The notes under the pieces: generated by a model | What the model saw: the letters and a program-made list of their open reading frames with translations, nothing else | The model's database searches: none | Told to the model about the DNA's origin: nothing | NCBI RefSeq assembly: GCF_006345805.1 | Contig: NW_021835988.1 | Coordinates: 248,001 to 312,000 of the forward strand | From: Octopus sinensis | Taxonomy: Eukaryota | Direction of reading: 5' to 3' | Length of the DNA stretch: 64,000 nucleotides | In this document: positions 35,084 to 46,217 of the stretch, one piece after another | How positions within the stretch are numbered: the first letter of the stretch is position 1 | Layout: every line of letters starts with the position of its first letter | Translations under genes and position numbers: made by a program

Positions 35084-37157
35084 CAGCGGTTCCCAACCGG
35101 GGGTGCCAGCAAAAATTTAGGGGGTGGAGATTTTTAAAATTTATAGTTAATTTTTTAAAGAGCAAATATTTTTCAAATCTGAAATCTATTATTTTTAGAT
35201 TATACCTTTTTAGATTGGAAATTAAATTTATGTAATTTTATTTATTCGAAAAAATATATTATTATATCAAAGTTTTTTTTTGTTTCAAATTGTCACGTTT
35301 ATTCTTTGTTGTTATGAAAAAGAGAAAGTAAAATGATGATTATGTCCGTTTTTGATTTACATATACTAAAATCGATGATTTCCAAAGGCCCAAATGTTTC
35401 TTATGTGAAGCTATATTCTCTAACCAGAATATGAAACCTTCCAAACTGGAACAGAACTTTCTAAATAAACATGGTGGAACTAATAGTAGCGGCAATGATT
35501 TAAAATCTCTAAAAATCAAGAGAACTCGATATGATTTGCAAGTGACTCTTCCTAACTTAGGATTTGTATATCTTGATAAACCTATTTTGCTTGCTTATTA
35601 TAAAGTGGCCAATAACATCGCAAAGTCTAAAAATCCACATACAGTCGGAGAAGATTTGATTAAAACATGTCATTGGAAATGGTCTCATTAATACTCGGAA
35701 CAGAGTCAAGACAAAAGATTGAATCATTCTCGCTATCCAATAATATAATTCACAGTCGAATATGTGTGTTAAGAAATGATATTTTGTCCCTAATTATTAC
35801 AGAGATCAAATCAAGTCCTTTGTTTATATCTCTTCAGTTGGACGAATCAACTGATGTCTCTAGTTACCATTGTTAAAGATTTTTTAATGAAACATGATTT
35901 GGATACCCAGACAATAGGGTCTATTTGTACAGACGGTGCTCCAGCAATGCTGAGAAATATGTCCGGTTTTGCTGGGCTATTAAAGAATGAAATCCCGAAC
36001 ATAAGGACTACGCATTGTTTTCTTCACCGCTATGTATTAGCTGTTAAAACTCTCCCCCCATTGTTGAAAAATGTACTTGCCACCACTTTAAAAATTATTA
36101 ACTGGATAAGAGGTCGTGGTATGAACCATCGAATTTTTAAAACAATTTGCAGTGATCTTGGCAACAATCATTTTATTTTATTATTTCATACCGAAATTCG
36201 CTGGCTCTCACGAGGTCAAGTTTTAACCCGCATCTTTGAGTTAAGAGAAGTAAAATTATTTCTTCATAAATATAATCATGATTTATTGCAATATTTGGAA
36301 TCCCACGAATTTATCCAGATGCTGGTTTATTTTACATTTTTACTCACATGAATAATTTGAGTTTATCTCTTCAAGGTACAGATGTTAGCACACTCAAATG
36401 GCACGAAAAAATGGCTGCATTCAAAAATAAATTATCTTTTTGGCGTCGGCGAATAGAAACATACAATGTCACAAATTTCCCAACCTTAGAAAAGGTGGTC
36501 GACAATTCAATGAATCCTACTTTTCGTAAAGAAATTATATCTCGTTTAGAAGTATTGTCCACGTCTTTTGTAGGATATTTCGGAACGGATCTAAATATTA
36601 CGGATGAATGGATTTTGAGTCCATTTTCGTATAATCTGAAAATTATGTCAGATGATCATGAACTCAAAGAAGGTCTAATTGATCTTCGAACAAAACAAAG
36701 CACTTATAATAGAGTTTCACAATTGTACATTGGAGCAGTTTTGGAGTTCAGTAGTGAAAATGTATCCAAAATTATCACAAAAGGCTTTGTATGAAATTAT
36801 TCCATTTGCAACGACATACTTATGCGTGTCAGGATTCAGCTCTCTTTTGGTAATTAAAACTAAATACAGAAATCGCCTGAATCCTGAACATGACATTCGT
36901 ATTGCGATTAGCAAAAAAATGCCAAGATTTGACAAAATCATTGAAAATAAACAAAAACAAAGAAACCATTAATTATTTACTTTTGTTCTTGTGTGACTGT
37001 ATACTTTTGTTAATTTAAACTTTATTGTGTTTAATGTTAAATTTTTAATTTTTTCGATTAACAAACTTCTGGTTAAATAATAACATGTTCTGGGGGTGCG
37101 CGAGTTTGTACAAAAATATTTAGGGGTGCTAGCTCTAAAAATGGTTGGGAAGCTCTG
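35084..37157 (+). mobile_element. hAT (Buster/Charlie, ZBED8-like) transposon with fragmented transposase
   Basis: TIRs CAGCGGTTCCCAACC / GGTTGGGAAGCTCTG and TSD TTGTAAAT/TTGTAATT (7 of 8 match). Motifs MKPSKL, SLQLDESTDVS, CTDGAPAM, HCFLHR, HTEIRWLSRG and PFATTYLCVSGFS are spread over several frames. Confidence 0.9.
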
Positions 37158-38015
37158 TTGTAATTAGTAATAAGAGGATGACCGATGTGTGGTATCTGAT
37201 ACAAAGAAGTGAATATTTTAAAAGTAAGTGAAAAATTTTAAAAAATTAAAAATTGATTATATACATATCATTTATTTCCACGTTTTCCCGTCTCTTAAAA
37301 ACTATGGATAACAAATTAATAATCAAATTAATTTCTGACTCTACAATTCTATGGATTATTGCATATTAATAACCGAAGAGATAAATATGCAAAATTTAGA
37401 TGTTAACCCAAATTCAAATATGAAGTATGAGCGATCAGATACCCAAGAAGCACATAAGATGCATTACGATAGAAGGATAAATCTGAAAAAATTCTTTGTC
37501 TATGATTCGAATTAATTGGGTAAGAGCAGATTCGATCCTCTTAAATTTCATTTGACCGTGAGCAGACAGCATTCTTACACAATAAAACGAGTAAAAATAT
37601 GATTGGATGATCCATCCTTGAAATTCAATAAGATTCGAAACCAACCCGACTACGTACAAAAGCGCATTGTATAAAAAACCAAAAAAATGAGAATCTCTAG
37701 CAAGTCTACTAGCGATAGCATTTCTCGAAGGAGGGAATTCACTTTTCTATTGAATTAAAAAATGAAAATAAAAAATGAAACTTTGACTTTTATACCAATG
37801 TGAAAACTCATCTTCAACTGAAACAACCTTAAATGCTCGTACAATGGTGTTTGTTTCGTGATATTGAATGATCATAGAAATGAAATTTTTTTGTTGAAAA
37901 TATGAACATAAAATATAAAAAAATTGTATTTTTGTTACTAGATTTTAATTGACAAAATATTGTTCATATAAACCTAAAAAATAGCCATTCTATAACTTTA
38001 TGGGAAGCATAACAT

Positions 38016-39301
38016 GCCTGGGCATCACCCAGCTTGATGACCTTATCATTCTGGGTTCCCCAATCAATAGCAAGGCTACTAAGAAGGCTTTATGTAACAG
38101 GCTCGAAGAATTGGAAACTCCAATCTCCCGCATTTCCAAACTTGAATCCCATTTGGGCCTTTTCTTGCTCAAGAACTATCTCTTTATACCGAAGCTAACT
38201 TATCTCATGCGCTCATCGCCCTGCTTTCTCGAACAAAATCACTTGTCTCGTCTCGACAACATGGTCTCCAAAGCTCTTGAGCTTCTCGTAAATATCAAAT
38301 TCAAACCTTCAGACATGCGACGGGTTAATTTATTTATTCGCTACGGGGGCATCGGCATTCGTTCTTGTGTTGATTTATCCCTCCCATGTTACCTTTCCTC
38401 GTTGTCTGCTTCTGCTAGTTCCTTCAACTCTGTTCTTTTCCCCTCCCCTGAACAGCCCGAGTTGTTGGAATATACGGCGGGTGTCAACATGTGGATTTCT
38501 CGTGGGCTTAAAATCCCGGACGTCCCCTCAGTTCAAAAGAAATGGGATGATATACATTGTTCCCATGTACTTGAAGATATCCGCCTACGTGCTGACCAGT
38601 TTCAGTTGGCAAGCATTAATTGTGCCTGTCAACCCCACTCGGCCGATTGGCTTGACGCTTTGCCGATTTCCTCTGCTGGAATGTTGCTGGACGACGAATC
38701 TGTCCGCATCGGAATCTGTTTACGGCTTGGCATAGAGATTTGCCAGCCACACCAGTGCAGATGCGGAAAGGACATTGACAGGAGAGGGCTACACCCCCTC
38801 TCTTGTCGCCGGCCGTATACCCAGACATGCCGCCTTGAATGATATTGTCAAGCGCGCGCTCTACGCCGCTGGATTCCCTTCGGTCCTGGAGCCGGTTGGG
38901 TTAGACCGTGGCGACGGAAAACTTCCCGATGGGTCCACGCTTTTCCCGTTCAAGGGGGGACTCGCTCTCGTTTGGGACGTCACCTGTGTCGACTCGTTTT
39001 CCTTGTCATCTCTCATGGACTCTGCCTCCCGCCCTGGCTCAGCCTCCGCACATGCCGAAACAAAAAAAATCACAAAGTATGCCTCATTGGAGAACACCTG
39101 CCTTTTCGTCCCTCTGGCTTTCGAGACGAGCGGGATAATCGGCCCAAAAGCTCTGGAGTTCCTTTCGGAAATCGGCTTGATGATCTCAAGGAAGAGTCAC
39201 GAGAGACGTGAGTCTAGCTGGCTTTTTCAGCGCATTTCGCTCGCGATATTGCGCGGAAACTGCCTGTCTATTCGCTCGTCCTTTCAATCCAAGAATTAAC
39301 G
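38016..39301 (+). mobile_element. 5'-truncated CRE-like RLE retrotransposon (longest copy, one frameshift near 38810)
   Basis: ORFs 38000-38842 and 38775-39299: IILGSPI...PKLTYLMRSSPC...GGIGIRS...WLDALP...CRCG...RHAALNDIVKR...WDVTC...FQRISLAILRGN. Confidence 0.9.
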
Positions 39302-39446
39302 TGGATCATTTCATCCAAGCAATAATTAAATTGTCATATTCTTTCTTTTCACTTTAAAAAAAAATTCGGATTTATAAAATGGACGTTAGTTCAAAAAATA
39401 ACGAATGATAGGTTAATAAAGTGTAATGCTAGACCTACATTTTGCT

Positions 39447-39905
39447 AGTTAGTTAGTTAGTTAATGCACGTCCGCGTTGCCAGTAAACAAAGTTTATGGT
39501 TTCGCTTGTGCCATGTTTTTAACTATTCTTGTCGTTAGCCCCTTCCATCCCTTCCGTCGTCTTGCCCTCTTTCCGATTTTGTCCAGATCGTCTGCATCCA
39601 TCAATCGGCCTCCGATCATAGCATATTCCTTTGTAAGTATTCCCGGAAGACAGTCCCTTGGACGTCCTCTATATTTAGAGTATTTAGTATGGCCGAAAAA
39701 TTCTTCCATGGCCATATTGCAAGGTGTTTCTTCATTCGTAAAATATGTCGAAACAGGCGCCAGCGAATTTCAAGTACATTTAGACTTATAGCCCCACAGT
39801 TGCTAACCCTTGCGATAGTACGCTCTAATTCTTTCTCAATCGCGTCGGCTTCCCGTCCATGAAGCTTTCGAATACTTGACCGAATTCTTTTTTTCGTAAT
39901 AAGCA
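39447..39905 (-). mobile_element. 3' fragment of RTE-like LINE with a (TAAC)n tail
   Basis: EIRWRLFRHILRM...AMEEFF...RGRPRDCLPGIL...WKGLTTRIV resembles the C-terminus of the 59664-62589 element. A GTTA repeat lies at about 39447-39463. Confidence 0.75.
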
Positions 39906-40008
39906 ACATATTATTTAAAAAAAATTTTATATTTCGAAGAATACAGTCATAATTTTATTGGAATTTCTGCATGACACATTTATATTTGACTTTAGCGTGA
40001 AAAAAGAA

Positions 40009-41037
40009 ATGGTATGTCTCTATTTATTATTAGGAGCGTTAGCTTTTCAAACACTCGGTAATTTAAATTTAATGTGAAATCTATCTATAGGCTATCCATG
40101 GAAATTGAAAATTTTTTTCGAAGACATTCCTGTTTGCTTTATAATTAATAACTATAGAGAAACGATGTTTTAACGACAAAACAAGTGATAATTTTTAGCT
40201 ATATAATAGGCTCTCTCTGATGTAATTGAAATAATCGAAGTTGATAGGAAGTCAAATGAATTAAATCACTTGGTTATCAAAATAGAGTTCGTGTTATTAC
40301 TTTTAATCTTTCAAAGTAAAGACAACAAAATTATGGATAAAATATACACTGAGGATGAGAGTAAAGTAATATACGTAAAATACTACAATCAAAATGTATT
40401 TAAAATTAAATTTATATAGAAAAATCATGGAGCAATTCTATATAATATATTAAACTTTTTTGGTTTGCCTGATTCAAACAATACAAATAGTATTATGAAT
40501 AATACTTTGTGGTAATTCTAAATCATTCTTATTTAAGTAATCGAATATTGTTAGAAAAAGAGTTAAATTATCTTCGAAATATGAACCATCTTATAAATGA
40601 CAGTAATCAAAAATTTATTTTTTCAGCAACTTTATCACTTCTTTTGAAAAGTAGAATAACACCAACAGAAAAGCCAACAACAGTGTCCTTGAAAAGTAGA
40701 ATAACACCAACAGAAAAGCCAACAACAGTGTCCTTGAAAAGTAGAATAACACCAACAGAAAAGCTATCAACAGTGTCCCTTAAAAGTCGAATAACACCAA
40801 CAGAAAAGCCATTAGACAGCACACGTCCTACTTCAAAATGTATATATTTATTATTATTTTGCAAATCGTGTTATTCCTGTTAAAAATAACTTAAATTTGA
40901 AACCAATAAATGTGAAAAAATTTGAAATGCTGTATCTCATACCTATTTTCGCTGCACTTCTGATTATTTTGCTTATTGCCGTCATTATAGTAAGAAAAAA
41001 GAGAAAATCGGTTAAATGGAATAATTTAGAGGAGTAA
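40009..41037 (+). CDS. Type-I single-pass membrane protein, paralog B
   Basis: Same exon structure as 33339-34274. Three full plus one partial 15-aa stalk repeats. TM exon MLYLIPIFAALLIILLIAVIIVRKKRKSVKWNNLEE*. The last intron, 40840-40864, is GT...AA. Confidence 0.65.
40644..40811 (+). repeat. 45-bp coding VNTR (LKSRITPTEKPTTVS) x3.7
   Basis: TTGAAAAGTAGAATAACACCAACAGAAAAG starts at 40644, 40689, 40734 and (variant) 40779. Only about 1.7 units in paralog A. Confidence 0.9.
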
Positions 41038-41459
41038 TTTTAAATTCAAATTTTATTAATAGAAATCCATATCACCAGGAGCCCCAAATAAATTAAAAAT
41101 ATAATAATAATAAATTATTGATATTAACAGAGATTCTTTGGTTCTATGATTTTCATTTATTCTATAATCTTAGAAACTTAGTTTATAATTGAAAATTACG
41201 ATTAATTTCAAAATAAATTAGATTCTATTCACAATAAAAATTAAATTCAGAGGAAAACTATAGATAAAACATGCTGCAATTGCCATAGTTTTGAGAAATT
41301 TTTAGATTAGATCATATAAAATTAATTCTTGCTATTTAAACTGCTTTTCGGAGTAAAATGACTAAATTTCCGTCTAAAGCAGTGTTTTTTAAACTAGGGT
41401 CCGCGGTTTTTTTAAACTTCGGAGCAATCTTTAGTACCGCGGTCATTTTTTGGACCGTG

Positions 41460-42009
41460 TAACAATCTGTCGTCAGTTCAATCTGTTGTTAGCAATGAAT
41501 TTGTGGAGATTCGTGTGGATACTACGATTAGTACGGATACAGCTGTGGCGAATAACAAACCTGATATATTTGTCCATGACAAAGTGAGGAATACAATCAC
41601 CCTTATCGAAGTTGGGGTTACTTCGCAAAATTGTCTAAAGCAGGTCGAAGTTGAGAAGTTCCACAAATATGATTTATTGGCAAATGAACTTGAAGCAATT
41701 CATCACGCAAAAGTGAAAGTAATCCCTATTGTAATGACCTGGGATGAAATTGTCTCAAGATTTTTCAAGGGTCATCTTGATGTCCTCAAGCTGGAAGAAA
41801 GAGTGAGAGCATATATTCAGACAATGGTTCTGAGGAAGACATTGGAGAGCATGCAGGCTGAAGAGAGGCATGGTATATCGATACCTAGTGAGGAGAAAGC
41901 TGAAACGGAATGTCAACCAAGGGCAGCCTCAGAATGTGGAGTGTGCTTCGACGAGAACACACCCATACGGTCACTGGATTATGGGCCCAAAAAGAGAAGA
42001 TTAAGCTAA
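41460..42009 (+). mobile_element. 3' fragment of R2/NeSL-like RLE retrotransposon
   Basis: SVQSVVSNEFVEIRVDTTI...NNKPDIFVHDK...LIEVGVTS...EKFHKYDLLANEL...IPIVMTWD, the same family as 15751-17148. Confidence 0.85.
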
Positions 42010-42948
42010 TTAATTAATTACTTTAACATGGATTTTTTAGGTTATAATAACTAACGATTTATAAACCTAAAAAATAGCCATTCTATAGCTTTATGGGAAG
42101 CATAACATAAGAGAAAGTTTGCATAAAATGTATTTATTGTAGAATTCGATTTTTTATTAGCCTTCTATCTAAAGGGGAAAGTTAATTGATTGACTTTGTA
42201 TGCAGAGGAATTTTTAACTCGACTACGGTCATCAACTCTTATTTTCTGAAGTATGGAAGTCCTTTCAATGGTCTTTTTAAACTAATTTTAAAATAAAACA
42301 TAAAACTTTTCTAAATGAAATAAAACAAAATTAACGAGAACAAAAGAGATTATTTAATCAGTTAAATGAGAAAAGTAACCCAATGTAATCGCCATTAAAT
42401 GAGGCTTCATTTTAATTTCAAATCATTGTTATCAGTCCAAATTCTTTCTTCAAGTAATTGAATTGATCGCAGTAGACTGTCGCCAAATCCCAGTATACTC
42501 CAAATTTTAAGAAAATTAAGATTTTTTAATTCATCATGCCTGGACAGAACTTAGATATTTCAAGTTTTAATTTGAATATCTCTAATTGCAGGACTTGCAA
42601 TTAAGATTCGTGTGGCATTATGAAATGCTTCCGGTAACGACAGAACAATGTTCAAATTGGTTGATGTTCAAATTGGTGATCGAAATGACTTCTCCCACAA
42701 TTTCACAAACTATTTTTGTAAAGAAAAAACATTTCTAAAACAAAGTTGCTCAAAGAGTTCATTTTTATTGCGAGTCCACCAATTAATACTTTCCTTTCTC
42801 CGCATTACAACTTATTTTCGCAATCATTAATTATTTGTGCCGTGAAATTTTTTGTGATAAAAAAACTTTTAACGGATATTTTATGAACAAAATTCGCTCT
42901 TTGCCGGAATCCAACGCGATTCTTTAGGTTTTGTTGCATTCTATAGAT

Positions 42949-43973
42949 CAGAGGTTTCCAAATGGGGAGGCGCGCCTCCCTAGGGAGGCGTTGACTCGTG
43001 TCAAGGGAGGCGCGAAAAGTATTTCAGAAACATTTTTTAGAAAATTATATCTATGTAAAAAACGTGACTATATTCCGATAATAAGAGTTATTAATTTAAA
43101 AATTATATTTTTTCAAAAATTTATTAATTTATTAGACAATTAAATAATTTTAACACATGAATAAATTCTTGAGATGACTTTATTGTCAAATTTGCCTATT
43201 TAGTTGACATTTTTGGGAAATTGAGTATATTGAATAAATCAATGCAGGGACCACAACTACATTTATTCTCTCAAAAGGACAAAATAAAAGCATTTATGAA
43301 AAAATTGGTATTATGGAAATCAAATATACAAAAAAATATCTATGACATGTTTCCACTTTTAAACACCTTTTGCGCCATAGTGAACATTGAAGCAAACAAA
43401 GACATATTTGCTGAACATTTGGATTGTTTGTTGAAGCATTTTGCTCACTATTTTAAAGATCTCGACTGTAAAATGTTCGAATGGATACAGAATCCATTTA
43501 TTGATGAAGAAGATAATCAATTTGCATTGACAACTTTTGAAAAAGAAAAATTGATAGAATTGTCATGCGATACATTATTGAAACAAAAATTTGAGAGAGA
43601 ACCGCTAATTTCTTTTTGGTTGAATGTAAGAACGGAATATGAAATTTTGTCGAATAAAGCAATGAAAGTTTTGTTGCCATTTGCTACTTCATATTTATGC
43701 GAAACTGGATTTTCTGCACTAGCTGCAATTAAATCTAAATATCGAACTCGTTTAGTAGTGACTAATGAGCTAAGAGTAGCACTCTCTGCGATGACACCAA
43801 GATTTGAAAAACTTTGCGCCAAGATGGAAAAAAAATTATCTCATTAACTTTTTGTTTTAAAAAATTGTTTTTGATAAAATAATAATTGTATTATATTATG
43901 GAATATAAAGGGAGGCGCAAGATTGTACTTTTTCTCTAAGGGAGGCGCGTAAAAAAAAGCTTGGAAACCTCTG
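42949..43973 (+). mobile_element. Internally deleted hAT transposon, 1025 bp
   Basis: TIRs CAGAGGTTTCCAA / TTGGAAACCTCTG and a perfect 8-bp TSD CTATAGAT. Retains the transposase C-terminus (LNKSMQG...WIQNPF...LLPFATSYLCETGFSALAAIKSKYRTRL). Confidence 0.92.
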
Positions 43974-46217
43974 CTATAGATGAATAGTGAGCCAAGTTCC
44001 ACCTTGTGAAGTCACGAGAAAAACCAGGGAGCTTAAAATCGTTAGATAACCAAGCATTTTAACGAACAGCAAATCCTTTAAATTAATCTGGTTACGTAAG
44101 TCTAGGAGACACAATCAATAATTAAACAAGGATTAAAATAAATACTTAATCTCATTTCGAACATAAAATGAAAATAAATTTTAGTCAGACTTAAAATAAT
44201 CAGGATAAAATGCTGATCTCTAGTCAATAAAAATAGAAACCAATTTGTTTTAATTTTTATTTAAATTAATATTCCATTCGTATCGATTTTTTGAAAAGGA
44301 CGGGAATTTTTAAATTTTCTTTTTATTCCACTCACGTTTAAAATTTTTGACAGCTTTTATGGAAAAAACGAATCTTAAATAAAAACATTAAAATATATCT
44401 AAATTTCACTCATGAATAGTCGTGGTAATTTTAAAAAGTCAAGGATATTCATGTAAAAACGTAATTTGTCATTGATTGTTATATTAAAATCATTTGATTT
44501 AAATACTTTAAACAAATTTTAATTTTTTAATCATTGATTAACTTCAAAGAAAATTCATTAACATCAACTTTAGTATTCATTACACATTGGAAAAATATCA
44601 GTGCATAGGCTTTTTTCGAATTTTTTTGCAGGGAAAAATCATTGCATCTAAGGTCGAAAATGAGACCTTTTAACCAGGTGTTTTTATTTCATCTCTTCCA
44701 TAGCTTGCTTAAAGTCCACTTCAGAAGAGTAAGTGGGGTCTTTATTGAATGAAAAGAGACGAGACGAATGTGATCAATCAAGCCATTACAATAACGGTTT
44801 CTGATTCAAATCTTGTTCTTTTAAACAAATTTCGTCACGAATGATTTTGATGTCAAGTTTGTCTGATTTCTTCTGATCTTCTTTTCCGTGCTCTCTTAGA
44901 ATTTTTAAAGAACAGATGTTCCTGTAGTCCGCGAATCAGTTCAACGGCTTAAACAAGACGTGTGGCACTTGCTGAACCTTTGGATAAACTATTTTTTAGT
45001 CTCAAAGTCTAGCTTTTCCGCACTTTCGAGCTGGAGAGCTATTAATTGAAGTAGGCGCTCTTTGAGTTCTTCGTTTTTCCCCATTTGAGGCCTTTGAACT
45101 TGGCTACATTTGAATCAGGGAGGTTGATATCAGCAATCTCTGCTTCTAATCGATTACGTCTTTCAATCTCCTTTATCATAGTGCTGTAGATTTCTTCAAA
45201 AAGAGCAGTCTTCTTTTTTATAATCTCTAACTACTTGATTTAAAACATCTTCTGATAGAAAAAATACATCTTCTGATAAAATAAATTTCATGCGGGAATG
45301 CCTCGTCCGATCATATCAATCTTATCGCATATCAAGGGTTTAAGCTCACCATAATGTAAACTTATTAATTTCTAACAGTAACTGTTACTGTTATTAATTT
45401 CTAACTCTATGTAAATCAAAAATTTTAAGAAAAGTAAAAAAATAGATTTATTTCAATTCAATTTTTTTGTAATTATTAGATGTTTATAAGGCTTAAAATA
45501 TAAACAAAAAATATATAAAGTGGAAATGTAATAATCAAAATTAGTTGCGGTTCCGTTTTTGTTTAGGGATTTTTGAATTGAGGATGATATAATCTGATAG
45601 ATATTGGCAATACACAGTATACTTCTGTATTTATGCTTTGGGTTCAAAGAAAATTGTTTCGTTCACTAAAGCAGCTCTTATAAACGGTAGCGATTTATGT
45701 TGCGATTAAGCAAAAGAATTGTTGGACAATTAAATTAGATGATCTAGAAAAATACAGACTTAATAAATATTTGCGAGCGAAATCTTTAACGTATTAAACG
45801 TGTTGAAAAAGTCCTATTAGAGGTGGGTTAACGACGACCAAGTCGACAGCTTTTGAACTTTTTAGGGCGTCTTCAATGCGTCCTTGACCGAATGAGACAT
45901 TTTGAATGTGATTTTGCTTTGGTTTTTTTAAATTTTTTTTAATATAATTTAGGACATCCAGAGCACTATCTTCACAATGGTTTGTTTTGTTGAATTCTTT
46001 AGCAATGATTAGGCTAACGTAATTATTTAACGCGTATTATTATAGATCTATTTCGGATTTGTCGTAATCAAAATTAGAATTGTTGCAATTAAAACATACA
46101 GATCAAAACAATAGCATCTATAAAACTAAATTTCATAAATTCCTTTACTTTTAAATAATGTTTAGACCCAAAAGAATCGTAGATTAAAAGTATAAACAAA
46201 ATTGAATTAATAGTAAA

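Noticed and set aside
41380-41460. hAT-like left ends (CAGTGTTTTTTAAAC at about 41380, CAGTGATTTTCAA at about 49969)
   Set aside because: No matching right TIR or TSD found, so they are not annotated as elements.
44620-45230. Minus-strand coiled-coil-like coding relic (FEEIYSTMIKEIERRNRLEAEI...)
   Set aside because: Multiple stops and frameshifts, and no assignable family. Possibly a pseudogene but unsupported.
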